Positions 27,979 to 36,992 of a DNA stretch of 39,181 nt are shown piece after piece; the stretch's first letter is position 1; each line of letters starts with the position of its first letter. The notes beneath the pieces were generated by a model. The model ran no database searches. It had not been told where the DNA came from and worked only from the letters and a program-made list of their open reading frames with translations. A program made the translations under genes and the position numbers. Location of the stretch: positions 1-39,181 of the forward strand of contig JBBIUB010000011.1 of the NCBI GenBank assembly GCA_037440465.1, given 5' to 3'. The stretch comes from Coprothermobacterota bacterium. Lineage in GTDB: Bacteria; Coprothermobacterota; HKB111.

Positions 27979-28300
27979 TTGAAGATGGATCTGCGAGAAG
28001 TCATTGGCTCACTGTTTTTCGTCTGCCTACAGGGGAAAAGCTCACACCTGAAGAAAAAAATATCTCCAAATCTCTGACACTATTTGTGAACAAAGTAGGT
28101 GTACCTTATAGAGAAGATTTTTCCATCTTGAAATTGAAGACTTTTTCACAGCCCACTGAGATATTTCCACTCTTGTCAGAAAAGGTGTTGATAGTCTTTT
28201 CCAATGATGCCTATAAAGCTATGGTTCAAGAAAGAAATCATAGATATCCTCAAGAAAAGCGACAAAGATATTATCCTGGTGGCAACAGGTAATCCCATAA
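27979..28300 (+). pseudogene. Internally deleted, frameshifted remnant resembling a GH3 beta-N-acetylhexosaminidase
   Basis: After AGGAG, three frames join as MDLREVIGSLFFVCLQG / EKLTPEEKN...VLIVFSNDAYK / KEIIDILKKSDKDIILVATGNP. These resemble the extreme N- and C-termini of two-domain GH3 enzymes; the catalytic core is absent. Confidence 0.55.
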
Positions 28301-28326
28301 GAAGCCCCAGGGAAACTACCACTGAA

Positions 28327-28472
28327 GTGTGACATGTAACTGGTAATAGACAATAAGTAATGAGAAATTTATGAAATGTATATTATAATTATCATTCATC
28401 ACTAATAACATGTCACTTATTACTCTTCACTCATCACGGTTTTCCATTACTCATTACTCATCATCCGTCACA
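28327..28472. repeat. Heptamer inverted array (element C)
   Basis: GTGACAT GTAACTG GTAATAG ... GTAATGA, an AT-rich centre, then TCATTCA TCACTAA TAACATG TCACTTA TTACTCT TCACTCA ... TTACTCA TTACTCA. Confidence 0.75.
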
Positions 28473-28599
28473 GATTTTCTGAATCTCGGTGTCGATCCCT
28501 ATGGTGACAATGACAAACCCTTGGCTGGCCTCCTTTAGCAGCTTGTTATTCTACAGCTAAGGATTCTAATTACTTTAACAACCTTTTTAGGAGGAAGAG

Positions 28600-28728
28600 A
28601 TGGAGGTGGGAAGGTGTCACCCTGAATTTGCGGGTAATGATAAGATCTTTTTAGAGGGGAGATTGCTTAGGAGACAGTTGACCTTTCTTAGAAATTCGGA
28701 GCTTAGAGCTTTGTCCCTCAAGGAGTAA
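28600..28728 (+). CDS. Possible 42-aa small protein
   Basis: AGGAGG 5 nt before the ATG; MEVGRCHPEFAGNDKIFLEGRLLRRQLTFLRNSELRALSLKE; no known motif. Confidence 0.25.
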   Translation: MEVGRCHPEFAGNDKIFLEGRLLRRQLTFLRNSELRALSLKE

Positions 28729-28739
28729 AAGTCCTTTTA

Positions 28740-28748
28740 TGCTAAAAT
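28740..28748 (+). promoter_or_regulatory. Candidate extended -10 promoter element for the lyase gene
   Basis: TGCTAAAAT about 35 nt upstream of ATG 28784, which has an AAGGAGG SD. Confidence 0.35.
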
Positions 28749-28783
28749 GAAGAGTTACTTAATATACAAAAAAGGAGGTCAGT

Positions 28784-30232
28784 ATGTTTGTAAAGTTATC
28801 AACAGGGAAAGAGATACCTATTGAGATGCATAAAATAAGAATTGTGCAGAAAACCTGGTGGGTTCTTATAGAAGAACGCCTATCAGCTATTAAAGAAGCA
28901 GGATACAATACTTTTCTCTTGAAGACCAGCGACATATTCCTGGATATGCTTACAGACAGCGGTACTAATGCCATGAGCGATAATCAGTTAGCTGCTACGA
29001 TGGTTGCAGATGATAGCTACGCTGGCAGCGTAAGTTTCTACAAACTAACAGATGCCATAAAAGAGGTCCTCGGGTTCAATTATGTACTTCCAGTTCATCA
29101 GGGGAGAGCCGCTGAACATCTGATATGCAAGGTCCTGATGAAACCCGATGATATTATATTGACCAATTATCACTTCACTACTACCAGAGCTCATATAGAA
29201 GAAACTGGCAAGGGAGTCTGCCTGGAAATCTACGCTGATGAGGCTCTAAACACCCGCAGCACACACCCCTTCAAAGGCAATATTGACCTGAAAAAACTTA
29301 AAAAGGCAATAAAAGACTACGGCAAGGAGAAAATCTCCTTTGTCCGAATGGAAGCAACTACCAATCTTCTGGGTGGTCAGCCCTTTTCTATGGAGAATTT
29401 AATGGCTGTAAGGGAGGTCTGCTCAGAGTACAAAATACCCTTGATAATAGACGGAAGCTTAATCTCAGAAAACGCTTACTTAATAAAACAACGTGAGATG
29501 GGTTATGAGGATAAAAGCATTGAAGAAATAGTTAGAGAAATGGTTAACCTGTGCGACATATTCTACCTCTCAGGAAGGAAAAACACCTCAGTAAGAGGCG
29601 GCTTCATTGCCACCAACAATAAGGAATACTACAACATGATAAAGGTCTGGCTTCCTTTTTACGAGGGATTTCTCACTTATGGTGGGATGTCCACAAAGGA
29701 GATAGAGGCTATGGCTGTAGGAGTAAGAGAGATGACCGATCCTAATGTGGCAGGTTGTTCCATAGAACAGATAAGATATCTGGCAGAAAAGCTCATAGAA
29801 AGCGGTGTTCCGGTACTCACACCTCCTGGTGGTCTGGGCTGTCACCTTGATGCAAAACTGTTCCTGCCCCACATCCCCCAGAACGGGTATCCTGCGGGTT
29901 CGTTAGCGGTGGCTCTCTATATAGCGTCGGGTGTGAGGAGCATGGAAAGGGGTACCATCTCTACTGATAGAGATAAAAGCGGGGGAGAGGTATTTGCTGA
30001 CCTGGAGTTAGTAAGAATAGCCTTCCCGCGAAGGGTTTATACCCTATCTCATATAGAATACATAGCTGACAGATTGAGCTGGCTTTACAACCACAGAGAC
30101 CTTATTGGAAGGTTAAGATTTATCACAGAGCCACCCGTGCTAAGATTCTTCTTCGGTAAGTTAGAAGCTGTGGGTAACTGGGACGAAAAACTGGGAGAGG
30201 TCTTCAAAAAGGAGTTTGGTCCACTCTGTTAA
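28784..30232 (+). CDS. PLP-dependent beta-eliminating lyase, tyrosine phenol-lyase/tryptophanase family
   Basis: DMLTDSGT, DDSYAGS, HQGRAAE, FKGNID, GGQPFS, LSGRK (PLP Lys), EGFLTYGG, RIAFPRRVYT, LRFF. Confidence 0.93.
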   Translation: MFVKLSTGKEIPIEMHKIRIVQKTWWVLIEERLSAIKEAGYNTFLLKTSDIFLDMLTDSGTNAMSDNQLAATMVADDSYAGSVSFYKLTDAIKEVLGFNYVLPVHQGRAAEHLICKVLMKPDDIILTNYHFTTTRAHIEETGKGVCLEIYADEALNTRSTHPFKGNIDLKKLKKAIKDYGKEKISFVRMEATTNLLGGQPFSMENLMAVREVCSEYKIPLIIDGSLISENAYLIKQREMGYEDKSIEEIVREMVNLCDIFYLSGRKNTSVRGGFIATNNKEYYNMIKVWLPFYEGFLTYGGMSTKEIEAMAVGVREMTDPNVAGCSIEQIRYLAEKLIESGVPVLTPPGGLGCHLDAKLFLPHIPQNGYPAGSLAVALYIASGVRSMERGTISTDRDKSGGEVFADLELVRIAFPRRVYTLSHIEYIADRLSWLYNHRDLIGRLRFITEPPVLRFFFGKLEAVGNWDEKLGEVFKKEFGPLC

Positions 30233-30377
30233 CAATTGAGGATGTTCCGTACTACGAAGAAAAAGATTTCCACATAGTTTTTTATATTTAAATAGTTGAC
30301 AATTATAAGCAAATTATGATTATATAATTATAGCGCTGTCTTCAATAGACAGTACGAAATTAAAGAGAGGTTAATAT

Positions 30378-32054
30378 ATGTTAAAAGGAAAAAGTTTATT
30401 GTGGATAGTTTTTATTCCCATTTTTATCGCTTTATTCATCTTTTCTTCCACTAATGTTTTTGCAGCACCTGATGAAGCACCTATATACTATGGATGGCTA
30501 TCACTTCTACCTGCTTTAGTAGCCATTGGTCTATGTTTTCTTACCAAACAGGTTCTTCCATCACTCATCATAGGTGTCTTTGTTGGTGCTACAATTACTC
30601 AAGGTTGGAATCCCTTAGTGGGTTTCACTCATACTCTCGGTATTCTTGTTGAGAACCTTACAGACAGTTGGAATGCAACAATTATTCTTTTTGACTTCGT
30701 TATTGGGGGGCTTATTGGCCTTCTCTTCCTCGGTGGTGGGGTGTATGCTTTTGCAGAAGCGATGATGAAAAAATTACACAATGCCAAATGGGGACAGGTG
30801 GCTGCTTACATACTTGGTGCGGTTATCTTTTTTGATGACTATGCAAACACAGCCACAGTTGGCAATTCTTTCCGCCCTGTAACCGACAAGCTCCGTATTT
30901 CAAGAGAAAAGTTTTCCTACATAGTAGATGCTACTGCTGCTCCAGTTGCTACTTTAGCTCTCGTAAGCACCTGGGTAGGGTATGAAGTAGGGTTGATTAA
31001 GGATGCCTTGAAGGCGGCTGGTTCTACCCTGGCTCCCTATACGGTCTTCCTTGAATCTCTTCCCCTTAAGTTCTACAGTATCTTTGCCTTAGTACTTATG
31101 GCTATGATAGTCTTTTCTGGCCGTGACTTTGGACCAATGCTCATAGCTGAGCGTCGTGCCAGAACCACTGGTAAGGTCTTTGCTGATGGAGCCCGACCTC
31201 TCTCTGGAGGTATTGTCCTTCGGGTAAAAGAAGGAATTAGCTACAAAATCTCCAATATGGTAGTACCTATGGTCTCCTTGATTGGCATAACCTTATTCAG
31301 TATCTGGTATACCGGTGGTGGCGCTGAGGTACCATTCGGCAAAGCCATTCAAAATGCCGACGCAGCCACCTCTCTCCTGTGGGGCTCCATGGGTGCTGTC
31401 TTGATAACCATTATATACTTTGCACTCCAACGATTAGCTAATCTGGGCGAGATGATGGATTCATTCCTGGAAGGTGCTAAGATGATGGTCCTGGCAAACC
31501 TTATTCTTCTTTCTGCCTGGTCTATGGGTGACATTACCAAGTCTATGGAAGCTGGCCCCTTTGTTGTAAACCTGGTTGAAGGTGCTCCCCTATTTATTAT
31601 CCCAGTAGGGATGTTTCTTGCCTCCTGCCTTGTCTCCTTCGCCATGGGTACATCCTGGGGAACTATGGCAATCGGTATTCCTATAGCTGTTCCTCTTGGA
31701 ATAGCATTGGGTATTCATCCAGCAATCATGACTTCTACTGTACTAACTGGTGCCATATTTGGTGACCACTGCTCCCCAATTTCAGACACTACTGTAATGT
31801 CATCAATGTTCTCTGGTTCTGACCATATGGACCATGTAAACACCCAGATTCCGTATGCCATATTGGCTGGAGTAACTGCTGCTATTGGTTATCTTTTAAT
31901 GGCTTTTACAGGGTTCAATTTCTGGTACTGGGGCATCTCCTGGGTAGTAGGATTTGTGGTACTCTGGATTGCACTCAACTATCTTTCCAACAGAAGTGCC
32001 AGAGCATTAGGAATAACTCCTACAAAAGATTTCTGGAAGAGCCAACAGGAATAG
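30378..32054 (+). CDS. NhaC-family Na+/H+ antiporter-like transporter (likely amino-acid transporter)
   Basis: IFFDDYAN, SREKFSYIVDATAAP, GTSWGT, GAIFGDHCSPISDTT, DHVNTQIPYA; many TM helices. Confidence 0.92.
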   Translation: MLKGKSLLWIVFIPIFIALFIFSSTNVFAAPDEAPIYYGWLSLLPALVAIGLCFLTKQVLPSLIIGVFVGATITQGWNPLVGFTHTLGILVENLTDSWNATIILFDFVIGGLIGLLFLGGGVYAFAEAMMKKLHNAKWGQVAAYILGAVIFFDDYANTATVGNSFRPVTDKLRISREKFSYIVDATAAPVATLALVSTWVGYEVGLIKDALKAAGSTLAPYTVFLESLPLKFYSIFALVLMAMIVFSGRDFGPMLIAERRARTTGKVFADGARPLSGGIVLRVKEGISYKISNMVVPMVSLIGITLFSIWYTGGGAEVPFGKAIQNADAATSLLWGSMGAVLITIIYFALQRLANLGEMMDSFLEGAKMMVLANLILLSAWSMGDITKSMEAGPFVVNLVEGAPLFIIPVGMFLASCLVSFAMGTSWGTMAIGIPIAVPLGIALGIHPAIMTSTVLTGAIFGDHCSPISDTTVMSSMFSGSDHMDHVNTQIPYAILAGVTAAIGYLLMAFTGFNFWYWGISWVVGFVVLWIALNYLSNRSARALGITPTKDFWKSQQE

Positions 32055-32077
32055 ATTTTAAACAATAACAAAAAAAA

Positions 32078-32116
32078 TAAAAAAGGGGGGAGGTTTTTCT
32101 TTTCCCTCCTTTTTTA
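32078..32116. terminator. Bidirectional intrinsic terminator between convergent genes
   Basis: TAAAAAAGGGGGGA-loop-TCCCTCCTTTTTTA. Confidence 0.75.
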
Positions 32117-32159
32117 TATAATTATTTATTAATTAGTTAAAAGGTTTATACTATCTTAC

Positions 32160-33161
32160 TTATGATTCTTTCCAAAGCTTGACGATAATCTGGGAAAGAG
32201 ATAAAAGATCCTGTCTATTATGTTCTACTATGGCAGTTAAAGGCCCAACATTACCTGTTATTATGTATGTCTCGTAAAAATAGGGTACCATTGCACCAGG
32301 TATGTCTATTCCTCTATTAAGACCCAGAATATACTTTTCAATAGTACCAAGTTTACAGTTAGGTAGCTTGTTTTTCCACGCTTGACGAGAAAAGGGTAAA
32401 AGGTCGTAATGACACTTTTTTAAGTTTGCTTCTATTCCATAATAATCCAATCTTCGTTGTAAGTATGGGATATCAAAACTTATACCATTATAGGTTACCA
32501 AGGCTTTCTTGTTCATAAAATGATTAAGCATTGCTTTTAATATAGCATGCTCTCTACTTTTTGAAGATAACAGATATTGATATACTTTCAATTTTCTATC
32601 TGAATGCTCTGCAAGCCCAATCAATATTACAGGCTGATTATTCAAGCCAAGTGTTTCAATATCAAGATATAATATCTCTTCCATATTATGAAATCGGGCA
32701 GTTAGTAAAGATAACGGATGGTTCCTTGGAAACCATCGATATATTAATTCGAATAAATCAGAACCATCAGAATTATCTATCCTATTGAGCACATCGCTTA
32801 CTTTCTCTGCCCAACGTGGGTGTTCTTTAAGATCATAAAGGGTATAATAACCTTCTTTCCGTAAATCATCAGCAGTAAGTTTACCTATACCCTCAACTAA
32901 TTGAAATTGGGAAGAAATAATTTTTTTTGCTAAATCAAGGGGCGGGATAGTAAAATCAAAAAACTCTTCGCTGACTATCTGATAACAAACTCCTACATCA
33001 TTTTCCAGGTACTCACCATTCAAAACATCATCAAGCACTTTCCCTTCATGAATTTTTATTAGCTCCCTATTGTAATTATATAATCTTGCGTAATCTAAAT
33101 CCTTGTAGGACCAAAATCCATACATATTAGAATATATTTCATCTTTCATAAGCATACTCAC
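32160..33161 (-). CDS. RNase H-like DEDD exonuclease (YprB/RNase_H_2-like) with an N-terminal HhH motif
   Basis: LVEGIGKLTADDL (HhH), YLDIETLGL (ExoI), TYNGISFDIPYL (ExoII), HYDLL, EHNRQDL (ExoIII). Confidence 0.85.
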   Translation of the reverse strand: MSMLMKDEIYSNMYGFWSYKDLDYARLYNYNRELIKIHEGKVLDDVLNGEYLENDVGVCYQIVSEEFFDFTIPPLDLAKKIISSQFQLVEGIGKLTADDLRKEGYYTLYDLKEHPRWAEKVSDVLNRIDNSDGSDLFELIYRWFPRNHPLSLLTARFHNMEEILYLDIETLGLNNQPVILIGLAEHSDRKLKVYQYLLSSKSREHAILKAMLNHFMNKKALVTYNGISFDIPYLQRRLDYYGIEANLKKCHYDLLPFSRQAWKNKLPNCKLGTIEKYILGLNRGIDIPGAMVPYFYETYIITGNVGPLTAIVEHNRQDLLSLSQIIVKLWKES

Positions 33162-33189
33162 TTAAATTTGAAAACATTATAAGGTATTT

Positions 33190-34260
33190 TCATGAAGATG
33201 AGGAATATTTTGCTTTCATAGCATGGAGAGCCAGTGTAAGAGCAACTACTCCATATGCTATAAATACTCTGAAATACTCACCTACTTGAGGTTGACCAAA
33301 TAATTTCTGTCCTGCTTGAGGTGAGACAACAAAGAGAGTATGAAACAAAAGAACACCTAAAAGGGCATTAAAAACTGTAGCCTTTTTTACGGTGGCTCCA
33401 CCCACAAGAAGAGCTGCAATAGCAAAGAGAGCCACCTGTTCGTGGCTGGCATAAGTATTGACAGTACCCAGGTTTTGTAGAAATATCAATTGGCCAAAAG
33501 AAGCCAGGACAATAGATATCATGGTAGCAATTATCCTGTTTCTATCAACATTGATGCCATAAATATGTGAAACATGTGGTTCTTGCCCTATGGCTTTAAA
33601 TTCCTGCCCCATTTTTGTTTTTAAGAAGAAGTTTATAGCTACGCATAGTCCAGCTATAACCAGAAAAGTAATCACAGGGATATTAATAAAAAAACGCCCA
33701 AAGGGAATTTTAATTCTAAAAATTGAATCTAAAGCATATTGAATATTAATCAAGTCCACCATACTCCTCACACCCCAACCCTGTGGTAAAAGTATGGTCG
33801 TGTTTTTGAAAGGAATAATGCTGGTACCAATTATAAATAAAAAAACCAATTGATAGAACCCATTTGCAAAAAATGAAGCTATAAAGCCTGTTACCATTTC
33901 TTTCCCTTTGGCAATATTAAAAAGTTTACCAACTGAAAAGCCAAAAAATAAAGCCAGGGGAATGGCTATTACGCAAGCTACAATAAAGCCAGGTAAACCT
34001 TTTAAACCCAATTCCATTACTACAATAGCAGCAATTTGACCTGCCATGGCACCTGTTACAATAGCAAAGTTTAAGCCTAAGCCAACCACTATTGGTATAA
34101 TGAGAGAAAGGGTTAAGAAAGAGTTCCTCGACATTCTGGTAACCATATCATTAATAAAAACAGGTAGGGGAATTTTTGCTATCCAGAGACCAACTATACA
34201 CAAAAAAGCGAAAATAAAAGGAACTGGATTGGATAAAAACAAGCTGGTTAATTTCTTCAT
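33190..34260 (-). CDS. ABC transporter permease (sugar/nucleoside-type)
   Basis: Hydrophobic; GLGLNFAI, KTKMGQEFKAIGQ...GIN, AALLVGGAT. Confidence 0.9.
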   Translation of the reverse strand: MKKLTSLFLSNPVPFIFAFLCIVGLWIAKIPLPVFINDMVTRMSRNSFLTLSLIIPIVVGLGLNFAIVTGAMAGQIAAIVVMELGLKGLPGFIVACVIAIPLALFFGFSVGKLFNIAKGKEMVTGFIASFFANGFYQLVFLFIIGTSIIPFKNTTILLPQGWGVRSMVDLINIQYALDSIFRIKIPFGRFFINIPVITFLVIAGLCVAINFFLKTKMGQEFKAIGQEPHVSHIYGINVDRNRIIATMISIVLASFGQLIFLQNLGTVNTYASHEQVALFAIAALLVGGATVKKATVFNALLGVLLFHTLFVVSPQAGQKLFGQPQVGEYFRVFIAYGVVALTLALHAMKAKYSSSS

Positions 34261-34262
34261 CT

Positions 34263-35315
34263 TTAATCACCACCTTTCCTGGTAAGGGCGTAAAGAATCA
34301 TCCCATGACTTATTATTACTCTTAAAACTTCAGTAATATCTCCTGCTTCTCCTGTGATAGCAACAGCCTGAGTAACCACGGGTAAAGTTATTGTAAGTAA
34401 AGTATGAAAAAGAATTGTACCAATAATCACATGAATTAAAGATGCCTTTCTTAGAGTGGCTCCACCTATTAGAATGCAAGCTATAGCTGGAAAAGCCATC
34501 ATCAGCGGAGCTAAATAAAGTTGAATAAATCCAAAACTCTGAGCAAAAATAACTATACCAAGAGCAGCCAAAACTGTAGAAAGTAATGTTGCTTGCATCC
34601 TTGCTTTATTCTCCTTAATTCCAGAGGCTAAAGCAAAAAGTGGGTTAGCACCAACAGCTATTATTGATAGGCCAACTTTTGTTCTCAAAAATACATAAAT
34701 AAAAAGACAAAATATAGCAAATATCAAAAAAGTTCCGGTGGGTATTCCAACTCCAACAAGTTTAAAAGATAAAATATTATCAAGAAATTGGGCTGTCTGA
34801 GCAGGAAGAACGAGTGTAGTTCTAAGGCCCTTTCCACCTATAGCCCATATAAGTGCATAATTTTTAAAAGGAATAAGGAGCCAGAAAATGCACATCAAAG
34901 ACACCATAGCAAATCCTGTATAAGTCCCCACCATCATTTCCTGCCCTTTTGTCTTATTTAGAAGAACCCCATAAAAGTATCCCGCAATAACTGCGAGTCC
35001 TGTGCCTACAACAGAAGCAAAAAGGATATAATTAAGTCCTGTTAAGCGCCATTCCAGACCCAGAACCAGCCCAATCAAACCGCAGATAATACCAACCGGT
35101 AAACCAAAGTTAAGCCCTAATCCTGCTTTTAATGGTAGTAATAAAGCCAGAACGAAAAGACCATTTCTCCCTACCCTTACCATAGAATCAGTCAGGAGTC
35201 TTTTAACATCCATGCCGGTAACCAGAGCAAGTACTAAAAGTAAAAGTAGAAAACTCAGGATGATCAAACGAGGTATTCCAACTGTTTTTACAAGTGATCT
35301 TATTTGTTCTTTCAT
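34263..35315 (-). CDS. ABC transporter permease (sugar/nucleoside-type)
   Basis: Hydrophobic; GLGLNFGL, RTKVGLSIIAVGANP..A..SGI, ACILIGGAT. Confidence 0.9.
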   Translation of the reverse strand: MKEQIRSLVKTVGIPRLIILSFLLLLLVLALVTGMDVKRLLTDSMVRVGRNGLFVLALLLPLKAGLGLNFGLPVGIICGLIGLVLGLEWRLTGLNYILFASVVGTGLAVIAGYFYGVLLNKTKGQEMMVGTYTGFAMVSLMCIFWLLIPFKNYALIWAIGGKGLRTTLVLPAQTAQFLDNILSFKLVGVGIPTGTFLIFAIFCLFIYVFLRTKVGLSIIAVGANPLFALASGIKENKARMQATLLSTVLAALGIVIFAQSFGFIQLYLAPLMMAFPAIACILIGGATLRKASLIHVIIGTILFHTLLTITLPVVTQAVAITGEAGDITEVLRVIISHGMILYALTRKGGD

Positions 35316-36895
35316 TGTTCTACTCTCCTTATACCTGCCATTGCTAAACCAAAGTCCACATCTGAAGTATCTGGTTCAAGAATATCTACTATTTTTCCAT
35401 GATGAACTATAGCAATCCTGTCTGATATAGTTCTAAGTTCTTGAAGTTCAGAAGAAGTTAAAACAACTGTCATACCCATATCCTTATTCAATTTTACTAT
35501 TAATTCAAGTATTTTCTGTTTTGCTCCTACATCAATTCCCCTTGTTGGTTCTGATACAAAGAGAAGTTCAGGTTCCATAGTAAGTGCTCTGGCTATACAT
35601 ATCTTTTGCTGGTTTCCTCCACTAAGGCTCATTACAACTTGATGAGGGCCAACACACCTGATATCCAGCTCATTTATCATTTTTAATGACCAATTTCTTA
35701 ATTCTCTGGCATTGAGATATTTTATACCAAGATGAGTTCTGGAAAACCGGCTATTTACATAAAATGCTGTCAAACCTATATTTGTATCAATTGATTCCAT
35801 CAGAAGAAGACCTACTCCTCGTCTATCTTCAGAAAGAAAAGCGATTTTTCTTTGTAAGAAAGTGAAAGGATTATTTAGTGGAAGTGGAATATCGTTATAG
35901 AATACCTCTCCTCTGGCAGGAAAAAGACCAGCTACTCCATTAGTAATACCAATTTTCCCATGCCCAGCTAAACCACCTATACCCAGAATTTCTCCTTTTT
36001 TGACATCCAAGTCTATGCCTTTAACTAACTCACCAGGCATGTCTACCTCGAGATTTCTAATCTTTAAAACTGACTGGTTCATTGGAGCACTCTTATCTTT
36101 AAATCCAATTTCCAGCTTCTTTAGCTTTCTCCCAACCATTAATTCAGCCAGTTCCATAATGTTCGTTTCTTTGCTATCTTTCTCCCCTATTTTTTCGCCA
36201 TCTCTAAGTATGGTTACTCTGTTGGATACTTTTATAACCTCATCCAGCCTGTGACTTATAAAAAGGATAGCTAATCCTTTCTGGGCAAGAAGCCTTATTA
36301 TGTCCAGTAGTTTCTCAGCTTCAGATTCTGTTAAAACAGCAGTTGGCTCATCAAAAACCAGAAGTTTTAGATTATCAGTTCCTGCTTTGTCTATTTCTCT
36401 GGCGACCTCAATAAATTGCTTATAACCAACAGGAAGGCCAATTACAGGGAGTAATTCATCTATTCCTAATCCAGCCTCCTTAAGAGCTTCCCTCGTATCT
36501 TTTCTCATAGGTGGAATATTAAGAGTTTCCATTTTCTGGCTTACAGTCCTTGACAAAAGGTTGGGATGTGTAATCTCACGATTTAGTTTTACATTCTCGG
36601 TAATATTAAAACCAGGTATGAGCATGAACTCCTGGTGTATCATGCCAATACCAAGATCCATGGCGCCTTTAGGACTTTTAACATTTATCTTCTTACCATC
36701 AATAAGCATTTCTCCTTCATAACCACCTGTTTCTTGTATTACAGGCATTCCAAAAAGAATATTCATAAGAGTCGTTTTCCCAGCGCCATTTTCTCCTACT
36801 ACTCCGTGAATCTCTCCTTTTTTCACAACAAGAGAGACATCTTTTAGAACAGTATTGCCATAATATTCTTTTGTAATATTTTTAAATTCAATCAT
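35312..36895 (-). CDS. Tandem-domain ABC ATP-binding protein (RbsA/MglA-like)
   Basis: GENGAGKTT, FDEPTA, FISHRLDE, LSGGNQQK, SEPTRGIDVGAK. Confidence 0.95.
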   Translation of the reverse strand: MIEFKNITKEYYGNTVLKDVSLVVKKGEIHGVVGENGAGKTTLMNILFGMPVIQETGGYEGEMLIDGKKINVKSPKGAMDLGIGMIHQEFMLIPGFNITENVKLNREITHPNLLSRTVSQKMETLNIPPMRKDTREALKEAGLGIDELLPVIGLPVGYKQFIEVAREIDKAGTDNLKLLVFDEPTAVLTESEAEKLLDIIRLLAQKGLAILFISHRLDEVIKVSNRVTILRDGEKIGEKDSKETNIMELAELMVGRKLKKLEIGFKDKSAPMNQSVLKIRNLEVDMPGELVKGIDLDVKKGEILGIGGLAGHGKIGITNGVAGLFPARGEVFYNDIPLPLNNPFTFLQRKIAFLSEDRRGVGLLLMESIDTNIGLTAFYVNSRFSRTHLGIKYLNARELRNWSLKMINELDIRCVGPHQVVMSLSGGNQQKICIARALTMEPELLFVSEPTRGIDVGAKQKILELIVKLNKDMGMTVVLTSSELQELRTISDRIAIVHHGKIVDILEPDTSDVDFGLAMAGIRRVEQ

Positions 36896-36913
36896 TCATT
36901 ACTCCCACTATTT

Positions 36914-36964
36914 AAAAAAGAGCCAGGGCTTGGAGTTAAATATATTTTTCATCCAGCCCTGGCT
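36914..36964 (-). terminator. Intra-operon hairpin plus U-tract after the binding-protein gene
   Basis: Minus strand AGCCAGGGCTGGA...TCCAAGCCCTGGCT CTTTTTT. Confidence 0.7.
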
Positions 36965-36992
36965 AATCACTAAATATTAACCACTAAATTGA

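Noticed and set aside
28086..28292. 68-aa ORF as an independent gene
   Set aside because: Better explained as one frame of the frameshifted pseudogene.
28600..28728. TnaC leader peptide
   Set aside because: It lacks the Trp, Asp spacing and terminal Pro needed for TnaC stalling.
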